This document shows, piece by piece, positions 11,300-23,777 of a stretch of DNA of 64,000 nucleotides. The notes beneath the pieces were generated by a model, which searched no databases, was not told where the DNA came from, and was given only the letters and a program-made list of their open reading frames with translations. This stretch comes from Eledone cirrhosa (taxonomy: Eukaryota). The position numbers and the translations under genes are program-made. The number at the start of each line of letters is the position of its first letter. The stretch's first letter is position 1. The stretch covers positions 32,116,001 through 32,180,000 of the forward strand of contig OZ024747.1 of NCBI GenBank assembly GCA_964016885.1. Reading direction: 5' to 3'.

Positions 11300-14200
11300 T
11301 TACAGACACATACTCAGAGTAGGCCCATTCACTCGGGCCATTCTTGCCTCTCTCACCCATCTTTCAACAAAATGCTGGGAAGAGAGCACTTCCCTCTCTA
11401 CCCTGACTTTCCTTTTCAAATGAAATTTGAAAAAGTTAATCAGGGCATCACCAAAGAGGTAAGTGCTCGTCTTCAGCCCTTTCAAACGTATCCACCATAC
11501 TATCTCTTTCGCCATGGCCACCAGACAGATAAAAACTTCCTGCCCTTCCCGGCTAAAGGAAGAGGGCGGGGAAATCCTCACGATGGACTCAGCTGATAGC
11601 TGGATCCGTCCTACACGCGACAGCAGGTGTTCGACATAAACCCACAAGTCAGCAATGCTCGGACACTGGACGAGTGCGTGCAGGACGGTTTTCGTCGCCC
11701 TGCGCGCATCTCGGACATGCCCGGCTGACGGCACCTCCATGCCTGTAGAGTTTATCCCAAACTGGCAAAGCTCCTCGGTAGCACTGCAAGGCCAGGGATT
11801 TCTGGAAGTTGTCCATAGGCCCCGGCTCGAAAGTTTTTCCTAAGAGATTGGCTAGTTGATTTTCGTCGACGCCTAGAGTTTCCCCAAGTACGTCGTCGCA
11901 CTTCCCCTCCACTAATCCTCTATAGAACGCCGAGGTGGAGTTTCCACCGATCACATTGCCCGATTGGTCGAGGGCTGTGAGCGCCTGAAGACATTCCAGT
12001 CTCCAAGCGCTCCCTCTCGGTCTTCGCTTGACCCAGGACTGCAGCTCCGTCGAGGAGACGAGCTGGGGAAAGACGCGTCTAGCAAACGGCGACCACACCT
12101 GATCACCGTCGAGGAAGAGGTGGAGATGTCGTAGCCTGAGCGCGTGTCTGCGCATCATCAGCCACGGCATTCCCAGCCTTCCACGTAGCGGGTGTTGACA
12201 ACAGATGGACCGCCTGACCATCGGAGCGCGTCCCTTCCACAAAAAGCGAAAGAGCAAACGTTCCAGCGCAGTCACGCGGGGCTTAGGACAAGGTACGACG
12301 GTCAGGCGACGATGACGAACGCGATATACGCGTTAGCCACCTCCGCTCGACCTTTCAGGGATAACTTCCTCTCCGCCCATTTCTGGGTGAGAGAAGCCAC
12401 CCTGTTCGTCACCTCGTCCCAGTTTTTGTCCGTCTGGAGGTCCGGACCGAACCAGACCCTGAGCAATTTAACCGCTCCTTCCGTCCAGCGCCCGACGACG
12501 CTGTTGGACGGCATGGATCTGCCTCGCCAGGTGTCGAGCTGCAAGCCCACTGACTTTTCCTGGTTGATCATTGCTCCTGTCACCGCTTCGTATTCTCTTA
12601 GTGTAGTGCCGATGGCCTCGATGTGTTTGGCGTTCGACACCACTACGGTGACATCGTCCGCATATGCTGACACGGATCTTCCGCATCCTAGTTCGCGCGG
12701 GACCCCCCTCAACGTCTCCAGTTTGTGCAGTAATGGCTCGAGAGTCAATACGTACAAGAGGGACGAGAAGGGACATCCTTGGCGGATCGAGCGCATGATG
12801 TTGAACGGTTCTGAAAGGTGACCGTTCACTCTCACCACAGAGCAGATGTCGCTGTGCATGGCAGCGATCCAGCCTCTGAAGACGGGCCCAAAGCCAGCCG
12901 CCCTCAGGACTGCCGCTAGGTAACGATGGTCGACCCTATCGAAAGCTTTCGACTGATCTAAATTGATCAAGGACACACCCGTGCCAGGTTCCCTAGCTAC
13001 CCTCTCTACGATGTATCGCATGAGGTGGAGGTTGTCGTGGATGGATCTGTCGGGAATGGTGCATGTCTACGCCACTCCCACCAGACCACCAACGACAAGC
13101 GCCAACCTTTTGCTAGCACCTTGGCCAAAATCTTGAACTCTGTGTTTAGCAGAGTTATGGGCCGAAAATTATCTATGTTATCCCCTTTGTTCGGATCCTT
13201 TCTCAGCAGCACCACCGCTCCTCGGCTCACAGACCTGGGAATTCTCCCGTTCTGTTGGCATTAGCAGTAGACGTCCGCCAAGAGGCCTCCGAACAAGTCT
13301 GGCATCTGTACGTAAAGTTCATAGGGCAGACCATCCAAACCAGGCGATTTACCCCTTGTGCAGCCAGTCATTGCCTCCCGTACTTCAGCGGCTCTTATCA
13401 GCCTTTCGCAACACTCCGCCTCAGTGGCCGAGAGCCGCGGCAGTCCGTCGAGGTAGACACTAAAGTCCATCCCTCGACCCGGCCCACCGCAGCCCCCGAA
13501 CAGCTGAGCGAAGTTTCGCTGAAAAGCTTCACACATTTTCCCGGGATCGAGTAGCATGCGCCCGTCGTGGTCCACCAAAGACCGGATCGTGGCTTTGTTG
13601 CCACGACGCGCCTCCGCCACTCGGGCCCATTGAACGGCTTTCGTCCCCTCATGTCTTAGAGCACGCACCCTAGCTCTGACAACGCAGCCCTCGTGCTTTG
13701 CATTGAAGAATTGGTCAAGGGCCAATTTCGCCGCAAGTACGTCGGTCGCGATGCCTTTGCTAAGCGCCTAGTCTAATTTTTTAACTAGTTCTCCCTCTGC
13801 TCTATTTTTCTCTATTGGTAAAGCCTTACTAAACCTAATGGACTCTATTCTAATCGCTCTTTTCAGAGCAAACCACCACTTGTTGTTGAAGATGGCCCCG
13901 TCAACGCCCGCTTAACTAGTTCGCTAATCCGGTCTCTGTAGGCCTTGCGCGCTGGTAAGGACGCGTTTAGCTTCTAGTAGCCGGGTCTTCGTCTATGAAG
14001 CCTATCTAAGTCAAGCACACAGATCACGAATTTGTGGTCCGTGTAGCTGACTATCTTGAATTGTGGGCAGCCTATGCTAGACCTATCTATTTCCCTACAA
14101 AATACTCTATATAGATATGATCTGGATGACCCTATGCGGTTTGTCCAAGTCCACATTGGCACATTCGGGAAATCCAATAGGTACCTGTCAGACAGTTCAA

Positions 14201-14691
14201 AACGCCTGAGCAGGTTGGCGAGGCTCTTGCACCCTCCTCCCCTATCCGCTAATCCCACACAGTCCCAGCGTGCATCACTAACACTAAAGAGCGGGACGTT
14301 CCAAGAAAGGTCTTCAGACGCCGGAAGAAATCAGGCCGCCCTGCTCCTGTCGGGCATAAACGGCCACTAGCCTGAAAGCTTGCCCGTCTCCGCTGGTCAC
14401 GTCCAGCACCACCAACCTACCTTCTGGGTCCAGGAAGATGGCCCGTATGGCGAGATCCAAACCTCTCCGAAAAAGCACAGCAACTCCTCACCCCAATCCA
14501 GGACGGCTGGGAGATGCGTACACATCGTAGCTGCCGAAGATCGGTGCGAAGGCCTGTGCCTCGGAGATACTGGTCTCGCTGATGGCCACTACATCTATGT
14601 TTAGTGACCTGAGGTCGTTGAGCAGGTGGCCCTGCTTCCATGACGACCCCAAGCCACGCGCATTTATGCTGCCTATTCTGAGTGAGGTCAT
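11300..14691 (-). pseudogene. Tx1/L1-type ORF2 (APE endonuclease plus RT), frameshifted
   Basis: MTSLRIGSINARGL..VVAISET (APE), SYTDHK, KSPGLDGLPYE, FRPITLLNTEFKILAK, LDQSKAFDRVDH, RQGCPFS, AYADDV, CPRC...HALVQC. Confidence 0.88.
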
Positions 14692-14725
14692 GTTGAAAAG
14701 GAGTGTAAAAGATGGGAAAGACCAC

Positions 14726-15418
14726 TTACCTTACTTTTCGTAGAGGAAAGATGGTTTCTCCATCATTTTCACTGCTTGTGGCCTCCTCCGGAAGGATGTC
14801 CTTATAAATCCTCCTGGAGAGTGCTTGTCGGAAGTCTCCGATGTCTTTGGGGAATTTTTGTTTTAGTGTCGTGTACGTTTTCTGTGTGATGCGAGTGATT
14901 TGTATGTGTGAAGGTGGTGTGAAATTTTGGGTTGTTGTGTAGTATTTTTCTGTGATGCTGGTGTTGTGTTGGATGTAGTGTAATAATTGGTTGTTGTTCA
15001 AATTTATTGCTGTGTAGTGTGTATCCTTTTGGTTGTTTTGTTTTGTTTGCGTTTGTTGTGGGCTTGTTTCTGTTTCGCTTTTTGGTGACCTTTGTGGTGT
15101 TGGTGATGGTGGTGTTGGGGTAAATGATGGCGATGGTGTTGGTGTTTGTGGTGATGGGGTTGGTGATGCTGGTGTGGATGGTGGCATAGCTGTCCTAACT
15201 TTTTTGTTTGATAGTTTATTTGTTTCCCTCTGTATTTTGTTTTTGGGAGGGGAAGGAATAGAATTTTTTCTTTTTGGGTTTCTTTTTCTTTTTTTCTCTT
15301 TTCCTGATACCGTTTCCCACTCCTCGTCGTCACAATCTGTCTCCAGTTGCGATAAGTCGGGGAGTGGAAAATCCTCCACAGGCGTTGGTTTTAGTTGTGG
15401 CGTGGTGGATGGTGCTAG
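14726..15418 (-). pseudogene. C-terminal part of a LINE ORF1 (basic and Pro/Thr/Gln-rich)
   Basis: Open 217+ aa ending about 35 bp before the ORF2 ATG; WETVSGKEKKRKR motif of the kind seen in Tx1 ORF1 tails. Confidence 0.55.
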
Positions 15419-15422
15419 TTAA

Positions 15423-15770
15423 CAACAATACAGTAATAACCATAACAGAAATAACACTAGCAACGTTAACAACAACCATACCAGAAATAAATCTAGCAAC
15501 GTTAACAACAATACATGTAACAACCATAACAGAAATAACACTAGCAACGTTAACAACAACCATAACAGAAATAACACTAACAACGTTAACAATACATGTA
15601 ATAACCATAACAGAAATAGCACTAGCAACGTTAACAACAATACATGTAACAACTATAACAGAAATAACACTAGCAACGTTAACAACAACCATAACAGAAA
15701 TGACACTAGCAACGTTAACAACAATACATGTAACAACCATAACAGAAATAACAATAAGAACGCTAACAGT
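15423..15770 (+). repeat. Coding minisatellite (Asn-rich repeat NNHNRNNTSNV) in frame with the PLE ORF
   Basis: Tandem units built on aacaaccataacagaaataacactagcaacgtt; all unit lengths are multiples of 3 and the frame is open into the 15987 ORF. Confidence 0.75.
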
Positions 15771-18183
15771 AGGGAAAACATATACAAGATTAACAAAATT
15801 TACCCCACTAAATTACCCTTTAATAAAAGGGTTTTTATACCACAACAAATAGATGACCAAACAGAGTCACAGTTTACCATAGCTAGAAATAAACTTAGAC
15901 AGGTAGTAGGACAATACACAAGGAGACAAAACAGACCAGAGGTTCAACAACTTGGAAGAAAACCTGCAGAAGGCCTACTTAGCCTCATGCAGCGCACAAG
16001 GGAGGGTGAGGTAATGTGTCTACCTACAGACAAAGCTGGTAGGATGTCAATAGACAGCATGCCAAACTACATCAAAGCTATGCAACCCCACATCATCAAC
16101 ACGAGTGAAACAGCACAACAGACATATGAGGAAAGAGAAAATATCCTCAATGCTCACACGATGATGTGGACTGACATCCTAAAACCAAGTAGCGGCACAT
16201 CCAATAATTTCCCAGCCTCTGACAATGACATACCACCTTTGTATGGACCCTGCAAAGAGAAAAAAACAACTAACGACCCTATGACAGGACCATCAACAAG
16301 ACCTGTATGCAGAGCCAAAATTGCCAGTAACTACAGGATCCCCTACTTCCTCTCTATGATTATACGCCCCATAATTAAAATGTCCCCAGATATATGTGAC
16401 AGCATAGAGGACCTCCTCAGTAGAATCAATGAATGCATCAACAACAAAAAACTTAACAAACTGCATAAAAGGCAGTATGGATGTAATATCCCTGTACCCA
16501 TCCATTGACATTGATTTTGCTGTGGAAAAATGTGTGGAAATAATCAGTGAGAGTGAGGGAGAGTTCTGTGACGTTGACACAGATGTACTGGACATCCTAC
16601 ATAGACTTACATATGACAGTGAATACTTAGATAATTATGACCTTAGCGGTTTCTACCCCAGTAGGCCTATTAGAGGTAGACCCCTCCCCCTCACTATAAC
16701 TTCAATGGCTAAAAAGACTCCCATAGGAAGATGGAATGGACGAGCCAAAACCTTATGGACACCCAAAAATAACGATCAGGTGTGAAAAATGGTCGCACAT
16801 GCAGTGGGGGCTAGTATTAAAACTACCCTAAAGGGCCACATGTTTAAATCTAAAGAGAAAATCTAGACCCAGAATGAGGGAGCAGCCATTGGCTTCAGCA
16901 TAGCTGGCAACGTTGCCAACCTATTTATGGTATGGTGGGAAAGGAGACTCAGAGAACTAGAAGAGAACTGCATAGCCCTCGTCATGTATTCTCGTTACGT
17001 AGACGATATCAATATAGTAATAAGAACACCCCTCACAAGAGAGTACCAATAAACCTGAACTAGAAAATAACACAATGAAGAGCATCCAGCAGATAGCTAA
17101 CCCCATACACCAGAGCATAACTGTAACTATTGACTACCCTTCCAAACACCCTAACAATAGACTACCAGTATTAGACACTGAACTCTGGTTAAATACTATA
17201 AACGCGATGGCGCAATTTCTCCACTCATATTATGCTAAACCCATGGCTTCCAAATGCCCTATACTAAAAAACTCAGCAATGTCCAATAATGCTAAATTTA
17301 GTGATCACACACATGGTAAGAGTGATGAAGAATGTGTCCCGCATGTGCGATTCAACTGAAATGGAAAGGCACATACGACACTTCATCAATCGCATGCAGT
17401 TCTCTGGCTACAACCAAAGAGACAGGATCAGAGTATACAAAAGAGACCCAGAGAAATATAAGACCCTCGTAGAAATGGACATGAAAGGAATTTGGCAATT
17501 GCACAGTAGCAGATCATGGAATAGCTTAGATAGAACTAAGCATAAGATAGGGAAACTTCTTCATGGTACGACAACCAGAGATAGAAGAGTGTCATGTTTG
17601 TAGATTTTAAACCTGGAGGGAAATTAGCTAACTTATTTAGAAAGGCCCTAAGAAGGACCCATCTAAAGATTAACGTGGTAGAGAAGCCAAGAACTACCAT
17701 AAAATCTCTGATCAGCAAAATATACCCCTTTAAGAAATCTCACTGGACAAAAAGAAAGTATTATATGTAGAGTGAATCCTTAAATAAAGTATAAAACTAG
17801 AAATGTAGTCTATAGCATAGAAGTGACTCAACAGGTAGACAAATGAGAGAAGAAACTGAAATAGAACCAAGAAAACCAAAGTTGAACAGAAAAATTAATG
17901 GAATAACAACAACCACACCCAAACAAACAATACTGACTTAAGGTAAATATGAATAAATAAATAAATAAATATACACAAGAACAATAACAACAAATAGACA
18001 TAAACACACACTAGTGAACAAAGATAGAATACAAACACACATCAACTCAGACACGAACACTCACACCAAACATAAAACACACAAAAAATGCATGCACAAA
18101 CAAAGACAGAGATAGAGAGGAGAATAAATAAATAAATAAAAATGGTGTAGGCATTACAATACAATGGGAGGAAACATGATAGT

Positions 18184-18225
18184 ACCACTGAGGATGTCAC
18201 AGGTGTGTGACGAAAGAAATTTGAT
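18184..18225 (+). ncRNA. Hammerhead ribozyme (family H, degenerate)
   Basis: CTGAGGA-tGTCAC aggtgt GTGAC-GAAA; stems I and III are eroded. Confidence 0.55.
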
Positions 18226-18916
18226 AGACTATATATATATACTTAACGCTGTATTTTTAACCGTTGCTCAATGAATGATAAACATTGATTGCCAGATAAA
18301 TTAACTATGGAGATATAAAAGATACAAAAGCGAAAACCAATCCAAACCAAACAGTGAGTGTATTTTATTATTATTTCTGGCAATATTATAATAATATGAC
18401 CCTCCTCAAATATAACAATATTTATTTCAACACACGATTTCATGTCAAAATCCCTGGATGGACATAAAATTATAAACTAACTTTTGACCGGGTAAATAAG
18501 TGGAACTAAAAGCAACGTAAACTCTTATTTTTCTGCAGCAACATGCATTTGCACAGAGGCATTGAACGGAGGCCCCCTCACTTCATCTGATAACAAATTG
18601 TTATATGCACTTTATATGGACAAAATTGACAATCATTTTCACCACTTATACACTCATTTCCATACAGTTTATCATCCTTGTATATTTTTTTCTCCTATAT
18701 GTCTACTCTCTCATTTTGCAATTATGCACTTTTTGTTTTGATTCATGTGATAGAATATTTTAACTAATTATTTGCCTAATTACTACGCTTCATACTGTAA
18801 TTTACCCTCCGTTCTACTGTACGGTACTATCGTTCAATATATGGAAGTTATATATGTAATATTGATCCCCCTTTCAAAACTTCTTACTATAATTTAAACA
18901 TCTCCCTATTTATCAG

Positions 18917-18997
<81 letters not shown>

Positions 18998-19223
18998 TTA
19001 GAGCAAACATCACGGGCGCTCTATCTCAGAATTATTTTTGAAAAGCATTAGAAATGCGCAACCCGTAAAAACTTAAAACCAAAACTGAATACTAACCAAT
19101 ACTTATTACTAATTTTTACTTATTCCTAATTAAACTATTTTTCACTGGGAACAATTTGTCAGCATTTTCTTTTCCTTTTACCAATATATCACAACTCGTG
19201 TGTTACACCTCTATTATTTTAAA
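18998..19223 (+). mobile_element. Solo 3' terminus of PLE family G
   Basis: Matches about 63538-63772; flanked by (TA)n(GA)n and (TA)n. Confidence 0.8.
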
Positions 19224-19338
19224 TATATATATATATATATATATCTTAAGGTTTGTGGGTTCACTGAAATGATCATAATTGAAATGATCATAATATAACC
19301 TTTCAAGGATTTACACCAGTCCAGCCGCCTGTTACTTC

Positions 19339-19405
<67 letters not shown>

Positions 19406-19409
<4 letters not shown>

Positions 19410-19963
19410 AGTAAGTAAGTTAATTTTATGATTTTCTTATTTTACGTCTCTCATATTATTGTTCTGCAACCCCATGCATTGAACCACAAAGCTACTAAGA
19501 CAAAACCTATATATTTGCTAGCATTGATATGCATCTGTATGTATATATATGTTACTAGATATTAATTCTTTATAATTATCTCCAAATTATTTGTCGAGCA
19601 ATATTGGCCTGAACTGCTGCGATGGTAGCAGGCAGGCCGCTGTCTTATTAGCAAACCACTTTCCACTGATTGACCTCGATGTCACGTGATTAATTCTTTT
19701 TGAATTTGCCACCGACGCAGAGGCAGTGATTTTCTCAATGGCTAGGAATTCCGTCCACGCTTTGCTATTTTCTATCAACTGAATATTTTTATATAAGTTT
19801 CCAGAGTCCTCGCTTTGCCTGGATACTTAGCTGAGAATAGTCTTCCCTGACGACGAAATGATTCTCTATACTTTCTTCGGAAAGTATATTTATTCCATTT
19901 CAGAAACTAATTAGTTGGAAGTGAAATTTTAGTAAGTTAATTTTATAATTTTCTTATTTTACG

Positions 19964-19973
<10 letters not shown>
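19406..19973 (+). mobile_element. ORF-less HHR element with a terminal direct repeat (family D, retrozyme-like or solo pLTR)
   Basis: About 48-bp direct repeat at 19406-19455 and 19927-19973; (TA)n on both sides; diverged sister at 26420-26990. Confidence 0.8.
19842..19921 (+). ncRNA. Type I hammerhead ribozyme (family D)
   Basis: CTTCC-CTGACGA-cGAAATG...TATACTTTC ttcg GAAAGTATA...CATTTCa-GAAA-CTAATTAG-TT-GGAAG. Confidence 0.8.
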
Positions 19974-20037
<64 letters not shown>

Positions 20038-20049
20038 TGTATATATATA

Positions 20050-20690
20050 TATATTTATTTATTTACTTCAATCAATATTTTAACTTGTTATTTTTAATTT
20101 CTAATTTTCCATCATAATTTCCTCTGTGAAACAATAATATCTAGAATTAAGTTAGACTCTCTTAGCGGCTGATGGCCAATTCTACTGTCCAAGCATAATT
20201 TAGGGGTAGTACCGAGGCCTATTGGGTGTCTTACTCTGCGACTACCACTGTGTTTCGGTCAACTGCCACTGACAGGGCGACGAGCAGTAAACTATAACCA
20301 CGTCATATTACAGACCTGGATGGGGGGGATTGTTTCATTGGGGCGTGGGGGATCTGCCTAGGCGAGTTTCGTAGAGTTTTCGGTAGTGGATGGTCACCTT
20401 CCTTCGGACTTGCGCCTTCGCAAACCAGTGGTGGTGAATTGGGATTCACAAGGGAGTAGACGAAGGATTCAAGAACGCCCGCTTTGTCCGTTCCCTTGTT
20501 GATTCAATTTCGATTGTCTCGGAAACGTAACCTTATTATGTAAGAAGCTGTCAGATGATGTCACGGCACTGGGTACATGGAATTGTGTGGCCCTTGTCGT
20601 CATTGAAATATGCATGACAGCATTATTATTAATGGACTTTAACACCTGACACTACTTCGCATTTTTTTTATTCTAAATATACTCCGTATA
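20050..20690 (+). mobile_element. Diverged copy of the structured non-coding HHR element (family C)
   Basis: Colinear with the reverse complement of about 52109-52750; HHR at 20547-20621 has a CAGATGA core and G at the cleavage position. Confidence 0.8.
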
Positions 20691-20697
20691 TATATAG

Positions 20698-20807
20698 CAT
20701 CATCACCGTTTTATGTACGTTCTTCCACGCTAGCATGGGTTAGACGAGTTGTCCTGTTGTGGCCGTCTTAACCCATGCTAGCATGGAAGATAGACGTTAA
20801 ACGAAGA

Positions 20808-20810
<3 letters not shown>
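20698..20810. repeat. Two RTE-type 3' tails in inverted orientation (hairpin)
   Basis: catcatc...ttccacgctagcatgggttagacg / cgtcttaacccatgctagcatggaagatagacgttaaacgaagatga; same tail as 59655-59715. Confidence 0.75.
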
Positions 20811-20864
<54 letters not shown>

Positions 20865-20990
20865 TATATATATATATATATACGCACACACACATATATA
20901 TATATACACAGATATATATATATATATATATATACATATATATATACATATATATATATATACACATATATATATTTATACATATATATA

Positions 20991-22667
20991 TATTGTTATA
21001 CTTTGGGAGGGTCATGTTGCCAATAAGAAACACACGCACCAGTTGCTTTCACTTCAATTTATTATAATAAATTTATAATAAATTTATAAATTTATAAATT
21101 TCTGGTTGGTTGGTTGGTTCCACAACCAGATAGTTGTTTATATATTGTCATAGTTCTTTCGTCACACACTCTGTGACCTCTTCAGTGACTGGGGATTCCT
21201 TTCTTTGTTTCTGTGCCTCTCCTTTGTTCTGTCCTACGCCATTTTGTTTCTGTGTGTGTGTTGTGTGCTTAGTCTGCGCATGCACCACATCCGGGTGTCT
21301 GTGTGTGTTTATGTTCATTTATTTATTTGTTTATTTACATGTTATTGGTTGGTTGTTTGTTCTATGTGTGTGTGTGTTTTCATTTTGTCCTTACTTGTAA
21401 GTTGTGATGTTGCTGTTCCACTCATATTTTCTATTTAATTTTGGTTGTAATTCTTTTATGTTTATTGCCTCTGTAATTTGTCTAAACATTGCGTCTTTTC
21501 TGTGTGTAGATTCTATTTTTATTTCTATGTTCTCTAATTTACCCTTGTGTTCTATTTTAGCATGTTGGTAGAGTACAGATGATTCTTTACTATCTTGAAG
21601 GTCGCGCCAGTGTTCATTTATCCGTTCCCCTACACTACGAGCTGTCTCACCTATGTACACTATATTTTTGTCTCTACATTGTCCTTCAGTACATCTTATG
21701 CTATACACTACATTTCTAGTTTTACAGTTAATATGGGGGCTTATTTTACAGGTTATACATTTCTTATCTATACATGAGGGTCTTTGAAAAGGGTATGTCT
21801 TGCTAATAAGTGTTTTTACGGAGGTACCTGGTCTTTCTACTATCTTAATATTGAGTTTATGTTTATTTAGGGCCCTTCTAAATTTGTAAGCTAATTCACC
21901 TCTAGGGGTTGTATCGATGAACATTACACTCTGGTATTTATTGCTATCATACCATGAGTTTATTCTATTAGCCTTGTTCCTAGTTCTTTCTATTCTATTC
22001 CAAAATTTGCTCCTATACAAGGGGCAGGTCCCATTTATGTCATTATTTACTATTTTTTCCCATTTGGTTCTGGCTCCTCTATACACTCTGATTTTATCTC
22101 TCTGATTGTAGCCAGAGAACTGCATACGGTGGATGAAGTGTTGTATGTGTCTCTCTAGTTCTTCGGGGTTGCAAATGCGGGACACGTTTCTCATCATCCG
22201 TACCAAATCCGCAAACAAGTATTTTGATTTTGGTATGGTCCGAAACGACCGAGTTTCGGTGGATCAGATGTTTGGAAGTCATGGGTTTGGCATAATGGGA
22301 ATGGAGGATTTGTTTTTTGTTATTAATGGTATCTAACCAGAGCTCTGTGTCTAGTACAGGTAATCGATGGCTGGGGTGTTTACTAGGGTAGTCTATAGTA
22401 ACTCTAATGCTCTGGTGGATGGAGTTAGCTATTTGCTGGATGCTTTCCATTGTGTTTTTCTCTATTTCCTGACTGTTCCCTAGTGGGGGTGTCTTAACTA
22501 CGATGTTTATATCATCATCGTAGCGGGAGTACATTATCAGGGTTAAGGGGTCTTCTAATTGTTCTTTAAGCTTAAGTTTAAGTCTACTGTCCCACCATAC
22601 CATGAATAAGTTAGCTATGTCGCCTGCAATGCAAACACCAATGGCTGCTCCTTCCTCTTGGGCATAT

Positions 22668-22668
<1 letters not shown>
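20991..22668 (-). mobile_element. 5'-truncated Penelope-like element (family H relative): RT C-terminal half plus GIY-YIG
   Basis: [37 protein letters not shown]; ORF 21391-22218 has NVVYSIRC..YIGETARS..RINEH..EAINI..LNRK; bounded by (TA)n. Confidence 0.9.
21147..21189 (-). ncRNA. Minimal hammerhead ribozyme (family H)
   Basis: GTCA-CTGAAGA-gGTCACA gagtg TGTGAC-GAAA-GAAC-TA-TGAC. Confidence 0.75.
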
Positions 22669-22716
<48 letters not shown>

Positions 22717-23351
22717 AATATAAGTATGTATACGTACACACATATATGTATACAGACGTACAATAGTATGTATATACATACATGCACACATATATATATA
22801 TGTACATATGGGTTTACCGAACATTTATTATAATGTTCGGTTTGTTGGTAAACAAACAGTCCGAATTACATATCCATGTGTGCGTGTATGTATATATATA
22901 TATATACACACAATATATAAACATATATATATATATATATATATATATGCTTAGGGGTATTACACCTACTATGACTACGCCTACGACCATGTCGACTACC
23001 ACCACTAACAGCAACAACAACAATAATAATAATAAACGTGATTTTGATGATTACTGAAGATCTTTTTTAAAAACCTAGAAAATGCTATTTTCATCATTTC
23101 TAAAAATAGCAAAACAATTGATGCTTTGGATAGGGTCAAATAGAAGTCATGGTCAAATAGAAGACATGCTCAACCAACCGTGACGCCTAAATCAATCAGC
23201 TTTAGTAATCTAGTGAAACTACACACCGATTGGTCGAAATACAGTTTGTAAAACCTAGCATTCTGTAGCCCCTTTTTACTGTATACAAGGCATAGAATTT
23301 ACCCATCTCATTACAGTTGAAAATTGCAAACTTGACTGTCACCACTTAATA

Positions 23352-23390
23352 TGAACCTGAAGATTGCGAAAGCATGAAAGTACTTGTTCA
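23352..23390 (+). ncRNA. Minimal hammerhead ribozyme (family I) in an ORF-less pLTR-like fragment (about 23020-23520)
   Basis: TGAAC-CTGAAGA-tTGC gaaa GCAt-GAAA-GTAC-TT-GTTCA. Confidence 0.8.
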
Positions 23391-23726
23391 ATTAACATTT
23401 AACATCTAATATTGTACCATACTATTTCATTATAATATCATTATAATTTTAAAGGATTTTAAATAAAACGAGTAAATCAGACAAAGTTGGAATTCCTTTT
23501 ATCAACATAATCTTCTATACACAATCATACACACCCATGTATATTTATTTATTTATATATATATCTACACATATATATATATACATATATACATACATAT
23601 ATATATATATATTGTAATAATAATAAATTTGAAGACTAAAATCCAAAGAGGGCTCGATGATAAGGATAAATATATATCAAATATATAAGAACCGTAGAGC
23701 AAATATTTATTAAAATAACAGATTAA

Positions 23727-23777
23727 AGTTTAAGCAAAGAATCGCTGCTTTCACCCTTAACGGGATCTTCTGAAACT
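23727..23777 (-). ncRNA. Hammerhead-like ribozyme, CAGAAGA variant (family F)
   Basis: Same motif as 3075-3125. Confidence 0.6.

Larger units (their letters stand above)
11043..15418 (-). mobile_element. Tx1/L1-clade LINE, 5'-truncated, with an (ATT)n tail
   Basis: ORF1 remnant plus disrupted ORF2 (APE, RT, Cys motif) and 3' UTR. Confidence 0.85.
15423..18450 (+). mobile_element. Degenerate Penelope-like element (family H)
   Basis: PTKLPFNKRVFIP, LPTDKAGR, TRPVC, SMDVISLYPSI, GAAIG..IAGNVANLFM, YSRYVDDI, LPVLDTEL, YYAKPM; EN partly deleted; 3' HHR; multiple stops and frameshifts. Confidence 0.85.

Noticed and set aside
15423-15770. Regularly spaced repeats resembling a CRISPR array
   Set aside because: No unique spacers, no cas genes, eukaryotic context; it is a coding minisatellite
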